DNA of 64,000 nt from Squalus acanthias (Eukaryota): NCBI GenBank assembly GCA_030390025.1, contig CM059432.1:139316001-139380000 (forward strand). The letters are read 5' to 3'. Positions within the stretch are counted from its first letter, which is position 1. Each line of letters begins with the position of its first letter. Below the pieces are notes generated by a model. The model made no database searches, was not told the origin of the DNA, and saw nothing but the letters and a program-made list of their open reading frames with translations. Made by a program: the position numbers and the translations under genes. Below, piece after piece: positions 48,220 through 60,276 of the stretch.

Positions 48220-51200
48220 TGACGTAATAAAGACTCACTACGCACTTGAACATAAAGCAAGGCTTTAATCAACTTGTAACAAAACATGGAGGTCTAGTTA
48301 GCAGTCACTAGCTTCCTGTTTCCAGATTGTCTCTGCCCAAGGTGGGCCCATGCCTGAGTATTTATACTCCCTGGACGGCGCCCCAGCTGGCCGCCCAGTA
48401 GTACTTCCTGAGTTGTTACTTGCGATTTATGACATTCTTCCTCCCTAAAAGGTTTGGAAGTCCAGTCTTCCTTTAACGGACTAGGTGGACCAGAAATAGC
48501 CGCAGACGTTTAGCTCTCTGCTTGTGACCGGAAGGCACGTCTCCCCGGACCGTGTCCTGGTCCCTGGGTCGCTTGGCCCGTACCGGTAAGTCAGTAGAGT
48601 CCGCGTCATCTTGATCATCCTGTGGAGGACTGGGAATATCATGACTCCGGGTGCGGGTCCCCACAGGTGCTGAGCTGGCCTCATCCCGGGTCGTGGCTGG
48701 AGATTGTCTGGCATCCTGGTTTCGGGTGGCCATCCTACGGGGAGCGTCCAGCTCCCTGAGTTGATCCGGTAGCGTTGCCGACAGATCCCCCGATGTCCCA
48801 AGCGGGGCGTCATTTTCATAGGGGTGCGGAGTGTTGATATCATTGTCGGGGGATCCTTCATCATTCGGGCCCGTGTGACCGGTTGGGCAGGGAGCCAGAT
48901 CTCGGAGCAAGACGGTGGTCTCCCGGCCATCAGGGTACCGTACGTGCGCATACGTGGGGTTTACCTCCGTTAACTCCACCTCGTCAACGAGAGGGTCGTT
49001 TTTGGCAGACCGGACGAACCTCCGGAGTAGCACCGGGCCTGGAGCCACCAACCATGACGGTAGAGACGTCCCATGTGTAGAGTGACACCGGAATTTGAAG
49101 AATCGCTCATGAGGCGTGACATTAGTAGATGTGGAGAGAAGAGACCTGATAGAGTGTAACGCGTCGGGGAGCACCGTTTCCCACTGCTGGTCCGGTAGGT
49201 TGCGTGACCTTAGTGCCAGACGGACAGCGTTCCAGATGATGGCATTGTATCGTTCAACCTGTCCGTTACCGATTGGGTGATATGGTGTCGTCCTACTTGA
49301 GGCGATTCCCCGTTGGGAGAGATAACTTTTAAGTTCACTCGACATAAAGGAGGGACCCCGATCAGTGTGGATAAAATTGGCCGTCCCGCAAAGGGAAAAG
49401 ACCTGATCGAGGCATTTAATTACCGTAGAGGTAAGCATATTAGGGCAGGGGAAGGCGAAGGGAAAGCGTGAATACTCGTCCACCATCGTAAGTAGGTAGG
49501 TGTTCCTTGTCGACGAAGGCAATGGCCCTTTAAAGTCTATGCTGAGCCTCTGCATAGGCTGCATTGCATGTATGAGTAAGCCATCTGATGGGCGAAAGAA
49601 TTGTGGTTTCAATTCTGCACAAATCCTACAGGAGGAGCATGTTTTCTTTACGTCCTCGGTTGAAAATGGTAGATTTTTGGAGCGCACAAAGTGCAACATG
49701 CGGGTCACACCAGGATGGCATAAGTCCATATGCAAATCCGCCAGAGTCGACGTTGACATTGAGGAGCAAAATGCCCGTGTGAAGGTATCTGGGGCCACGT
49801 TCTGTTCGCCGGGTCGGTAACAGATAGTATATCCAAAGGCAGCCAGCTCCATCCTCCAGAGTTGAATTTTATTATTTTTGATTTTCGTGCGCCTCCGGTT
49901 ATCCAACATGAAGGCCACAGAGCGCTGGTCAGTTATAAGCGTAAAATGACGCCGAGCAAGAAAATGACCCCATTGGTGTACAGCCTCGATGATGGCCGTA
50001 GCCTCCTTCTCGACAGGGGGGTAATGGAGCTCGCTACCCTGCAAGGTTCTGGATAGGAATGCCACGGGTTGGCCACCTTGATTCAAGGTAGCGGAGATCG
50101 CCACCTCCGATGCATCGCATTCGACCACAAAAGGAAGATTTTCGTCAATGGAGCGAAGCGTGGCTTTCTCCAGCTGTCGTTTGAGGAGGTTGAAGGCAGA
50201 AATAGCCGTAGCTTCCAATGGAAAAGACTTCGCATGGAGCAGGGGCTGTATTTTATCGGAGAAGTGTGGTATCCATTTTGCGTAATAAGCAAACATGCCA
50301 AGTGCCCGACGAAGAGAGCCGAGGTTCGTCGGGGGAGGGAGCTCCTGAAGTGGACGAAGTCGCTCTGGGTCCGGTTTAATAACACCGTTGCCCACCCAGT
50401 AGCCAAGAATGTTCACCGATGGCACCGACTTCACCGATTTGGATTCGTTTAACGTTAAGTGGCGACGGCGGAGTACGTCAAAAAATCTCTGAAGATTGGC
50501 GTCATGCTCCTTTTGATCATGGCCGGCAATAGTGATATTGTCTAAATACGGAAAGGTATCCGTCAAGTTCTCTTGCCGGACTAGGCCATCCATGGCCCGT
50601 TGGAAGATGGCCACCCCATTGGTGACCCCGAATGGAAGGCGGCGAAACTGGAAAAGCCGACCATTGGCCTCAAAGGCCGTATACTTCTTGTCGGAGTCTT
50701 ACAGTGGCACCTGATGGCACGCGCTTTTTAAATCGAAGGTCGAGAATACCTTGTATTTGGCAAGGTTGTTGACCATGTCATCTATGCGTGGCAGCAGGTA
50801 GGCATCCAGATCGGTATATTGATTAATAGTCTGCGAATAATCGATACACAGACGTTTATGTTGTTTTAAGGGATTCCTCACGATGACGACCTGAGCCCGC
50901 CAGGGAAATGAACATGGCTCGATAATACCGTCGACTAAAAGGCGAGAGATTTCCGCCTCAATAAACGCTCGATCGTCTTGGCTAAAGCGCCGCGATTTGG
51001 TGGCTATGGGTTTACAGCGGGGGGGAAGATTGGCAAACAGGGAGGGTTCACCAAGTAAGGCCGCCGAGAGTGCACAAAACGGCACCTTAGAAATGGTAAG
51101 CTCTGGCCTTGACCCTCCAAACTCAAAAGTGATCTTCTTGTGCTGCTTCTGGAAGTCCTGTCCCAGAAGCACATCGCTGCATAAGTTTGCGAGTACTCCG

Positions 51201-52727
51201 AGCCGGGTGGAGAGATACGTGCGGCCGTTGAGGATGAGGTTGACAAGACAGAAGCCAGAAGAATTGGTGGTCAGAGTCGTCAGAGCCATTGCAATCTCCC
51301 TGTCCGAGGGATAAATGTGCAGTTTTAACCTGTTGACAGCCCGCTTACTAATGAAGCTGTCAGAGCTGCAGGAGTCGATTAGCGCGCTTAGAGTGTGCCC
51401 ATTTACTGAAACCTTCGTGGCTGCATGGGACAAACTTTGGGGAAAAACAGCCGTGATGGGAGGAGGGGCAATTTTCCCTTCGGCAACTGTAGCCTTAACA
51501 GTAGTTCTTGGGGGAGGAGCAGCTCCATAGATAGCAGCTGTGAAGCTAACAGGAGCTCTCGACCGGTATACTTTAGAGGAGCGGCCTTTCTTGTTAGCAA
51601 AGGCCCGTGACTGGCATACCTTGGAAAAGTGTCCTTTCTTGCTGCAATGATTGCAGGTCACATTACGAGCCGGGCAAAATTTTCTGTGATGGCACGCCCC
51701 TCCACAAAAGAAACACTTTCTTCCTGATTGCCAGGATGCTGCTAGGGCGGGGTCGTCATCAGCGAAGGCCTCTAGGGTAGGGTCGTCGTCCGTTAGAGTA
51801 GAGTCAACATCAGTGGGGGCATCCGCCCGAGACCTACCGAAAGACTCATTAAAGGAGATAGCCGCCGCCCGTGCACGTGGTGGGAGATAAGTGTCTGCAT
51901 TTTTCTTGGCCAAGTCCAAGGAACCCGCCTGGTCATAAGCAGCCCGTAAATTGAGGGTTTTATTTTCCAGCAGGCGCTGACGTATAAAAGGGGACGCGAT
52001 TCCATTGATAAAGGAATCGCGGATTAGTTCCTCTTGATACTGTTCAGCTGTAACTGCTTTAAGGTTACAATCCTTGCTGAGCCTGCGAAGTTTCTGGAGA
52101 AATTCATCGAGTGATTCCCCAGGCTGCTGCCGAGTTGTGGCCAGTAGGTGTCGAGCAAATATTTAATTTGGGGACTTGACATATAGCTGCTGTAAGATTT
52201 CGATAGCAGTGTCATAGACTATACAGTCCTCAATATAATCATACACATGAGGAGACACGTAGTTGATAAGCATTCGTAACTTATTAGGGACATCCGCCCC
52301 ACATTCTTCAAGAAAGTTGCTAAAGATACGAAACCAATGCTTCCATACCTTCGCTGCCGCAGGTGCATTCGGGTCCAGGTCGAGACGAGCGGGTCTAAGG
52401 AGTTTTTCCATGATGGATCAGTTTCTTGCCCTAGTTCCCTTCTGTGGTTCGAGTTGCAGCTGGTTGTTCCGAATCACCCAAAGCGTGGAGAAGATACCAA
52501 GTTGATTAAATTGACGTAATAAAGACTCACTACGCACTTGAACATAAAGCAAGGCTTTAATCAACTTGTAACAAAACATGGAGGTCTAGTTAGCAGTCAC
52601 TAGCTTCCTGTTTCCAGATTGTCTCTGCCCAAGGTGGGGCCCATGCCTGAGTATTTATACTCCCTGGACGGCGCCCCAGCTGGCCGCCCAGTAGTACTTC
52701 CTGAGTTGTTACTTGCGATTTATGACA
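48220..52727 (-). mobile_element. Full-length Gypsy (Ty3/Gypsy) LTR retrotransposon, 4508 bp, antisense in a KLHL38 intron
   Basis: LTRs at 48220-48434 and 52512-52727 are identical except for one G indel; TG..CA ends; 5-bp TSD CCCTC; PPT AGGGAGGAAGAA (48435-48446); domain order gag-PR-RT-RH-IN. Confidence 0.97.
48473..52411 (-). pseudogene. Single-frame gag-pol polyprotein (~1312 aa) with two premature TAA stops (52163-52165, 50699-50701)
   Basis: ORFs 52163-52411, 50699-51919 and 48473-50614 share one frame. Two zinc knuckles (CFFC..H..C, CNHCSKKGHFSKVC), protease LIDSCSS, RT YLDN, RNase H CDAS/EKE/TD, integrase H-H-C-C plus D,D,E (IDFKGP, HTDRG, GQVER). Confidence 0.92.
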
Positions 52728-53046
52728 CCCTCCAGGAGAAAAATGTTCTTCTAACTGCCCTCTTCATTCCTCTAATAACCTTCAATTTATGTCCCCTTGT
52801 TACTGATTTGCCAACCAGCAGAAACAATCTTTCACTATTTACCACATCAAAACCTTTCATACTTCAGAAAACCTCTATTATACCCTCCTTTAATCTGGTC
52901 TATTGGGGGAAAAACTGTAATTTTAACTCTCTTCAAAACTATAACTTTTCATTCCTGGTATCGTTCTAGTAATCAGAACTGTGCACAATATTGCAACCAT
53001 AGCCTCATCAATGTCATGTACAAAATCAACATCACTTCCTTGAATA

Positions 53047-53290
53047 ACAACAGAAAACGCTGGAAAAACTCAGCAGGCCAGGCAGCATCCATGGAGAGAG
53101 AAACAGAGTTAACGTTTCAGGTCGAAGACCTTTCGTCAGAACTGGAAAAAAGCAGGAAATGAAATAGATTTAAAGCAAGTTAAAGCTGGGAAAAGTGGGA
53201 GGGGATGAAAGATCAAAAGGGGAGGTCTGCTGAGTTTTTCCAGCGTTTTCTGTTGTTATTTCAGATTTCCAGCATCCGCAGTATTTTGCT
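53047..53290. mobile_element. Short internally inverted Penelope-end insertion
   Basis: 16-bp perfect TSD ATCACTTCCTTGAATA (53031-53046 / 53291-53306). Confidence 0.8.
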
Positions 53291-53529
53291 ATCACTTCCT
53301 TGAATATTGAATCACGGTAAATCTCCTGGATGAATTCCAAGAATCCATCCTTGGTTTGACAGCAACCCAGTCTTATCCCAGTGTACCTTAGGATAGTTAA
53401 ATCCCCCATTATCAATAGTGCAAACTACTTTAAGTTGCCTACATATCTTAACCTCAATATCTTTGCCACTATTTGATGGTTCATAATGTACTTCCAGTAC
53501 GGTAACAGATTCCTTATTATTTCTTAACT

Positions 53530-53900
53530 CAACAGGGTTAGACAGACTGGATGCAGGGAGGATGTTTCCCCTGGCTGGGGGATCTAGAATCGAGGGGTCA
53601 CAGTCTCAGGATACGGGGTAGGACATTTAGGACTGAGATGAGGAGAAATTTCTTCACTCAGAGGGTGGTGAACCTGTGGAATTCTCTACCACAGAAGGCT
53701 GTGGAGGTCAAGTCACTGAATATATTTAAGAAGGAGCTAGATAGCTTTCTAGACACAAAAGACATCAAGGGGTGTGGGGAGAGAGCGGGAATATGGTATT
53801 GAGATAGAGGATCAGCCATGATCATATTGACTGGCGGAGCAGGCTCAAAGGGCCGAATGGCCCTACTCCTGCTCCTATTTTTCTATGTTCTATGGTTCTA
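53530..53900 (+). mobile_element. CR1 3' fragment
   Basis: Near-identical to 9375-9890. Confidence 0.82.
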
Positions 53901-54554
53901 ACATAGACAAACTCCGCCTGTACACCACCATCAACTCACACTTTCCTTTCCATGGTTGTTAATGGTGTCCTTAATTAATAAGGTCACTCCTACTATCATT
54001 TCTTTCCTTCTTTAACTCTCTTAAAAGTTTTATAGCCAGGAATATTTAGTTCTCAATCTCACCCCAGCTGAAGCCGAGTTTCCGTCAAGGCTACATCCGA
54101 ATTAGTGCCTCTTCTTCCCCAACTTTTGCATATTTGCGTATCAAAAACTGCAACCCATTCATATTCATATTTCCAGCATTTTCTGTTTTAATTCCTTTTT
54201 ATTTTTTCTTATTCTTTTCTGCACTATCCTTTCCCCAATCCTATCTGCCTTAAGAAAGAACTTGCATTTATAGATAGTGCCTTTCACCACCTCTGGACGT
54301 CCCAAAGCGCTTTACAGCCAATGAAGTACTTTTGAAGTGTAGTCACTGTTGTAATGTAGGAAATGTAAGATATATAATAATGTAAAATATTCCTCTCCGT
54401 ACCCCCTTCCCCGTACTTCCTATTTTAGACTGCTTTGCCCCTTCACTATATTTAAAGTTAATCCCCCATACACAACATTTGGTTCTCCCCATCCTAATAA
54501 TTAAAATTCTTCCTCACTGCTCTATTTACCCTCACTGCAAGGATATTGGTACCA

Positions 54555-55020
54555 GTTCACCCATCTCCCCTGTGCTCGCTGACCTACGCTGGCTCCCGGT
54601 TAAGCAACGCCTCGATTTAAAAATTCTCATCCTTGTGTTCAAATCCCTCCATGGCCTCACCGCTCCCTATCTCTGTAACCTCCTCCAGCCCTCCAACCCT
54701 CTGAGATCTCTGCGCTCCTCCAATTCTGGCCTCTTGAGCATCCCCGATTTTCATCGCTCCACCATTGGCGGCCGTGCCTTCAGCTGCCTAGGCCCTAAGC
54801 TCTGGAATTCCCTCCCTAAACCTCTCCACCTCTCCACCTCTCTCTCCTCCTTTAAGGCGTTCCTTAAAATCTACCTCTTTGACCAAGCTTTTGGTCATCT
54901 GCCCTAATAACTCCTTATGTGGCTCGGTGTCAAATTTTGTTTGATAATCGCTCCTGTGAAGCACCTTGGGATGTTTTACAACATTAAAGGCGCAATATAA
55001 ATATAAGTTGTTGGTGTTGT
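54555..55020 (+). mobile_element. L2-clade LINE 3' end
   Basis: [43 protein letters not shown]. Confidence 0.85.
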
Positions 55021-56124
55021 TGTTATGTTTAGATGAAGCCCATTCCATTTGAAGAGCTTCCGCTGCTTCAGGAACTGTCCCAGTGTCCTCCTCCGATATC
55101 GTAGGGTTGAGTGGGTTTAAGTCACAAATGGGAAACACTTAGGGAGAAACTTGCTTCACCAAGTTGTTTTCTACAGCATTTATTCCATATCCTATGTTTG
55201 CTTAAAACAAGATTCTTAATTATAGTTTTGATTTATTGGAAGTCATTGTGGCAGAAAATTCTGGCAATTTGTCACCTCACCAGTTAATAACAATGCTAAT
55301 CAGACTGCACAGAGTATAAATATCAAGAAGGTTCATCCAAGGTCAGGTTTTATGAGGCTGAAATTGCTCAATTAATCACAGTTTTAGGGATTAATGTAAG
55401 ACTGCCAGCAACGATTTGAAAAAAAGAGCCTTAATTGAGATGGGGCCTACTGGGTCAGGCTGATTTGGCCTGGATTAAATACTCGTTTCCAGAAGTAAGG
55501 GTCTGTGTCTGGAACAAGTAGCATTTAGGCCCCCACGCTCTTAACATTTGTTGACTATGAAGATTAGTCTCTGCACAATGTACATGGCATTTAATCAAGC
55601 TCCAAATTTTTTGACAAATTACATTAAACTTAACGTAGCTTCATGAAAACCAGAACTTGAGACAACCGGCATTAACGCACTTGATAAATAATGTACTCAT
55701 AAATAACTGAGGTAAAATATTCAACGGCTGCATCTCTCTTTGCGATGCCACTGATAAATCCACAACAAAGACTTTGTTACCAGATTGTGATGAGCAGGCA
55801 GTTCTGTAAAACATTCAGGAAATAATTTATTCGGCTTAGAATTAAGTAGCATAAATTGCAGGACATCGGAGTAATAGCTCACGACAACAGAATTGCACTC
55901 ACCCTGCCACCTCCCCCCCCCCGCCGCCTGCATTTCACGTGCGATTTGGTGAAAAAAATTGCAGGTGTTTAAGTGACATGTAAATAGAGGGTTCGCATGA
56001 TGTGACGCCCGCCTGTGCACAGCTTTCCTGCATTTACGCGGGCCATAGCCCAGTAGCAAGGTCCAGCCATTAAAAAACGGAGCTTAGTCTATCTGCAGCT
56101 AGCATTCCTGCAGTGTACTTCATT

Positions 56125-56712
56125 GAATCCTACAGCGTAGAAGGAGGCCATTCGGCCCATCGTGCCTCTTTGTAAGAGCTACCCAATTAGTCCCAAACAC
56201 GCTGCTCTTTCCCCCATAGCCTTACAAATCTTTCCTTTTCAGGTATTTATCCAATTCCCCTTTTGAAAGTTACTATTGAATCTGCTTCCACCACCCTTTC
56301 AGGCAGTGCATTCCAGATCACAACAACTCGCTGCATTAAAAAAAAAAATTCTCCTCATCTCCCCTCTGGTTCTTTTGCTGATTATCTTAAATCTGTGACC
56401 TCTGGTTACCGACCCTCCTGTCAGTGGAAACAGTTTCTCCCTACTTGCTCTATCAAATCCCTTCATAATTTTGAACACTTCTATTAAATCTCCCCTTAAC
56501 CTTCTCTGTTCTAAGGTTTACAATCCCAGCTTCTGTAGTCTCTCCACGTGACTAAAGTCCTTCACCCCTGGTACCATTCTAGTAAATCTCTTCTGCACCC
56601 TCTCCCGAACCTTCACATCCTTCCTAAAGTGCGGTGCCCAGAATTGGACACAATACTCCAGCTGAGGCCTCATCAGTGATTTATAAAGATTTTCCATAAC
56701 TTCCTTGCTTTT
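56125..56712 (-). mobile_element. CR1 3' fragment
   Basis: Similar to 5791-6335. Confidence 0.8.
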
Positions 56713-57066
56713 ACATAGAATGACATAGGGGGAGAAATTCGGTATTGCCCCATTTGGGGCGCTAAATTTTGAAATCGTGAAAAATTAGCGCCAGGCGCTA
56801 ATGAGTCTGAGGTGTCCCTAAGTTGGCTGTTAGTGCTCCTGGAAAGAGCTGGAGCGCTAAATCAAGCGCTAATGACCTAAGCAGGGTGCTACAGGAGCGC
56901 TACCAGCAGAGCGATAATGAATTTCGGGTGGTATGCAGTCGGAAACGATCCTTCACACTGGCCCCTTCCAGATCTTAAAGGGGAGGTTGCATCATTGTGC
57001 AGGTCCTCATTATCAGCATTGCTGGCTGTGAAGGCGACCTGCAAGGAACTCAATCCCCTGATCGTG

Positions 57067-58935
57067 ATGGCTGATCCCACTCCCAGGGAGAGAGCTCGTC
57101 GTTTCACGGACGAGACATTGGAGGCATTGGGCGCGGGAGTGGAGCGAAGGAGGGCAGTGCTGTTCCCAGACACTGGAAGGAGGCCATTGCCCCAGGTCTT
57201 CAGGGCAATGTGGAGGGAAGTGGCCCAGGAGGTTTCGGCCAGTAGTGTGATGGAACGCAGCCTGACACAGTGCCGGAAGAAATTCAACGACCTCACTCGG
57301 GTGGCCAAGGTGAGTACATGCTTCAACAGCTCCTACATACCAGCATCTGAACCTCAGTCTGTACACACTGCACAAACCACCACACCCCCACCACTCACCC
57401 ACCAAACATCTGCACCTACTCAAACTCACATCCACATCTCACGCCTTGCCTACAATCACAGCTATTCAACTACGGCAGGCATATCTCCCAAACACACAGC
57501 TGGACTCTGACTCACACACATTTGTTTCTCTTGCAGGCCAAGATGGCCCACAATAGGAGCGAGCAGCAGAGAACAGGCGGGGGTGATGCACATCTCCAGC
57601 AGCTCTCAGACCTGGAGGAGCGAGTGTTACGACTCATTGGGCAACAGGTGGTGGGCGGCGTGGCCGTCGACAACGTCGATCCCCTTGGGGGCAACAACGG
57701 TATGTTCACCCCTCTCCTCTCATCCCACCTCCCCCTCACACCACAACCTTTCCCACTTTCCAGCTCCTGATACTGTCTGCATTCCTTGCTCCCTTCCTGC
57801 CCCCCTGCCCTCACCTTAACGCGAGTCTTGTGCCTTTATGTTTTCAGAGAATCAGCAACCAGATGACCAGCCTGTCCCTGAGCCTCCCAGTGAGAGTGAG
57901 GCAGGAGAAGAGGAGGAGGAAGCACCGCGTCACTGCATGTCTCACCCGCAGGCACCAGCTCAGATACTGGCACTACGCGATCTTTAGAGGCAACTTTAGT
58001 AGAGGGGTCTGCACTGGGTGATGCACCGGGGACGAGCGAGCTGCAGCAAGGCCGGGGAGAAAGGATAGCTCGGGAGCCAGCTCCCCGGAGGGCGAGTTCG
58101 CGCGGGAGTTCTGCTGTGCAGGACTCAGATGAGGACCTCTATGGGGAGGCGTTCACAAGAAGGGTGATGGGCATGCACTCGGAGATGTTAGGTGCTCTGG
58201 TAAGGGTGCCCGAGAGCCTGTTGGCAATGGTAAGGAGCGTGGAGGAGTCCGCCTCCAACTTTGCACAGAGCTCTGCACACACCATGGAGCCCATCCTTGG
58301 CAGTCTGCAAAGGGTGGTGGACTCCCTGAGAGACTGTGGGGACCCAGACCTGATGCCGCGTGTCATGGGCGATCTGGCAACTTCCATTGCAGCACAGGCG
58401 GAAGCTACGCAACGTCTTAGTGCTGTAATGCAGTCAATGGTTGATGCCATCCAGTCTCAGACTGTTCTCATGCAGTCTCAGCTTGATGCCACGAAAGCTC
58501 TGACTGCTGCCATTGTGGCTGGGACCAGCACAGTCCACTGGGGATCTCACAGTGTCGCAGCAGATTGGTGGGGATGCTGAGGTGCTGCCCCGGGGGAGTG
58601 CCAGTGGGTCAGTGGAGCAGGAACCTGATGTCCTCTCTCAGGATGACACCATTCCTGCTCCCACCATTGGCACACCGCCATTGCCCTTGTTGCTGCCTGT
58701 CATCCAGCCAGCCCAGACTGCCGCCGCCCATCCCGAGGTGGCGCAGTGTACAGCCGGGCCTTCCAGGCCCAGAGCTGGTCTGGGGCATCCTGCAAGGCCA
58801 TCTGTAGTTTCTGGGACCGACACTCAGCAACCTTCCACCAGCCCTGCTGCAGCCACTGGAGAGACACTACGTAGGAACACTAGAGTAGGCAAAGGCACTG
58901 TAAAGAGGGCAAGTAAGGGTTTGCACAAGGGTTAA
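57067..58935 (+). pseudogene. Harbinger Myb/SANT-like DNA-binding protein gene; exons 57067-57309, 57537-57699, 57848-58935; frameshifts near 57927 and ~58550
   Basis: RARRFTDETLEAL..WREVAQEVS..RSLTQCRKKFNDL trihelix/Myb motif; GT-AG introns with compatible phase. Confidence 0.82.
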
Positions 58936-59103
58936 TAGTTAATATTGTTGCTGTATATATGTGGTTGCTGAATTTGGATAAATTTTTTATTGGAATGTTG
59001 CAGAAATAGTGATGTGTCTCATTTCAGCTTTGGGGTGTGGTATGGAATGAGAAATTGATGGAATGATGGGGATTGGATGAACAACCAGGAAGTGGCCTCG
59101 AAT

Positions 59104-60276
59104 TCATTGGAACCGCAGTCTAATGAGGCAGTCACGGACCGCCCTTCCACAAGGCCGATGGAGTGGCTGGATCCTCCGTCGCTGCTGTTTGTGCTCCTGT
59201 TCCTCCTCGTCCTCCTCCTCCTCTTCTCCCTCTTCCTCCTCCTGAGGTGGTGCGGCTATGCCTGGTGGCAATGGTTGCAACCTCATGATGGCCAAGTTAT
59301 GCAGCATGCAGCAGACAACGATGAAAAGGGATGCCCGCTCAGCCAAGTACTGGAGGGCTCCTCCCGAACGGTCAAGGCAGCGGAACCGTTGCTTGAGCAC
59401 TCCGATGGTCTGTCCAATGATGTTCCTGGTGGCAGCATGTCTCTCATTGTATGAGTGTTGGGCACGAGTGCTGGGGTTGCAGAGGGGAGTCAGGAGCCAG
59501 GTAGAGAGCAGGTAGCCCTTGTCTCCCAGCAGCCATCCGCTAGCTTGATGTGGTGGCTGGAAGAGTGCTGGCACACCAGTCTGGTGCAGGATGAAGGCAT
59601 CGTGGCTGCTGCCAGGATAGCGGGCATTGACGGTGGGGGTGCGCTGTGTGTGGTCGCACACCAACTGCACATTAAGTGAGTGGTAGCCTTCGCGCTTATG
59701 GAATACCTCAGGATTGATATGAGGAGCCCGCAAAGCGACGTGGGTGCAGTCAATGGCGCCCTGCACCATGGGGAAGCCCGCTATCCTGGCAAAGCCACAT
59801 ACATGCTCGTCCTGCTTCTCTCTGGTCATGGGGAAGGAAATGTAGTCCCTTCTCCTGGTGTAGAGAGCATCTGTGACCTCCCGGGTGCAGCAATGGATGG
59901 CGAACTGCGAGATGTTCGCTATATCTCCTGTTGCACACTGGAAGGATCCGCTGGCGTAGAAATTGAGGGCGACGGTGACCTTGACTGTCACTGAGAGAAA
60001 CGTGGTGCTCCTGATGTGAGGCTCGAGGTGTGGCTGCAGGAGGTGGCAGAGCTCTGTGATCACCTCCTTGGTGAAGCGGAGCCTTCTAAGACACTGGTCC
60101 TCAGTGAGATTGATGTAGGAGAAATGCTGTCGGAATACCCTGGGAGGGTAAGGCCTCCTGTTGAGAGCCCTGTTGGCCCTCCTCCCTCTGGCCACGTTTT
60201 CCAATCTTTCTCTCTGCCTCCGCTGCCTCCGACGGTGACGCTGGAGGGTGAGGCCCAGTGCCAGTACAGCCCCCAT
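59104..60276 (-). CDS. Harbinger (HARBI1-like) transposase, open frame, catalytic Glu replaced by Gly
   Basis: GAIDCTH, GSSHDAFIL, LLGDKGY, TRNIIGQTIGVLKQRFRCL, CCMLHNLA; first ATG at 60276. Confidence 0.88.
   Translation of the reverse strand: MGAVLALGLTLQRHRRRQRRQRERLENVARGRRANRALNRRPYPPRVFRQHFSYINLTEDQCLRRLRFTKEVITELCHLLQPHLEPHIRSTTFLSVTVKVTVALNFYASGSFQCATGDIANISQFAIHCCTREVTDALYTRRRDYISFPMTREKQDEHVCGFARIAGFPMVQGAIDCTHVALRAPHINPEVFHKREGYHSLNVQLVCDHTQRTPTVNARYPGSSHDAFILHQTGVPALFQPPHQASGWLLGDKGYLLSTWLLTPLCNPSTRAQHSYNERHAATRNIIGQTIGVLKQRFRCLDRSGGALQYLAERASLFIVVCCMLHNLAIMRLQPLPPGIAAPPQEEEEGEEEEEDEEEQEHKQQRRRIQPLHRPCGRAVRDCLIRLRFQ

Noticed and set aside
52493..52499. TGGTATC (minus strand) as a tRNA-iMet PBS for the Gypsy element
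   Set aside because: Only 7 nt match TGGTATCAGAGC and it starts 12 nt from the LTR end; the 13-nt self-complement is longer and correctly placed. A vestigial origin is not excluded.
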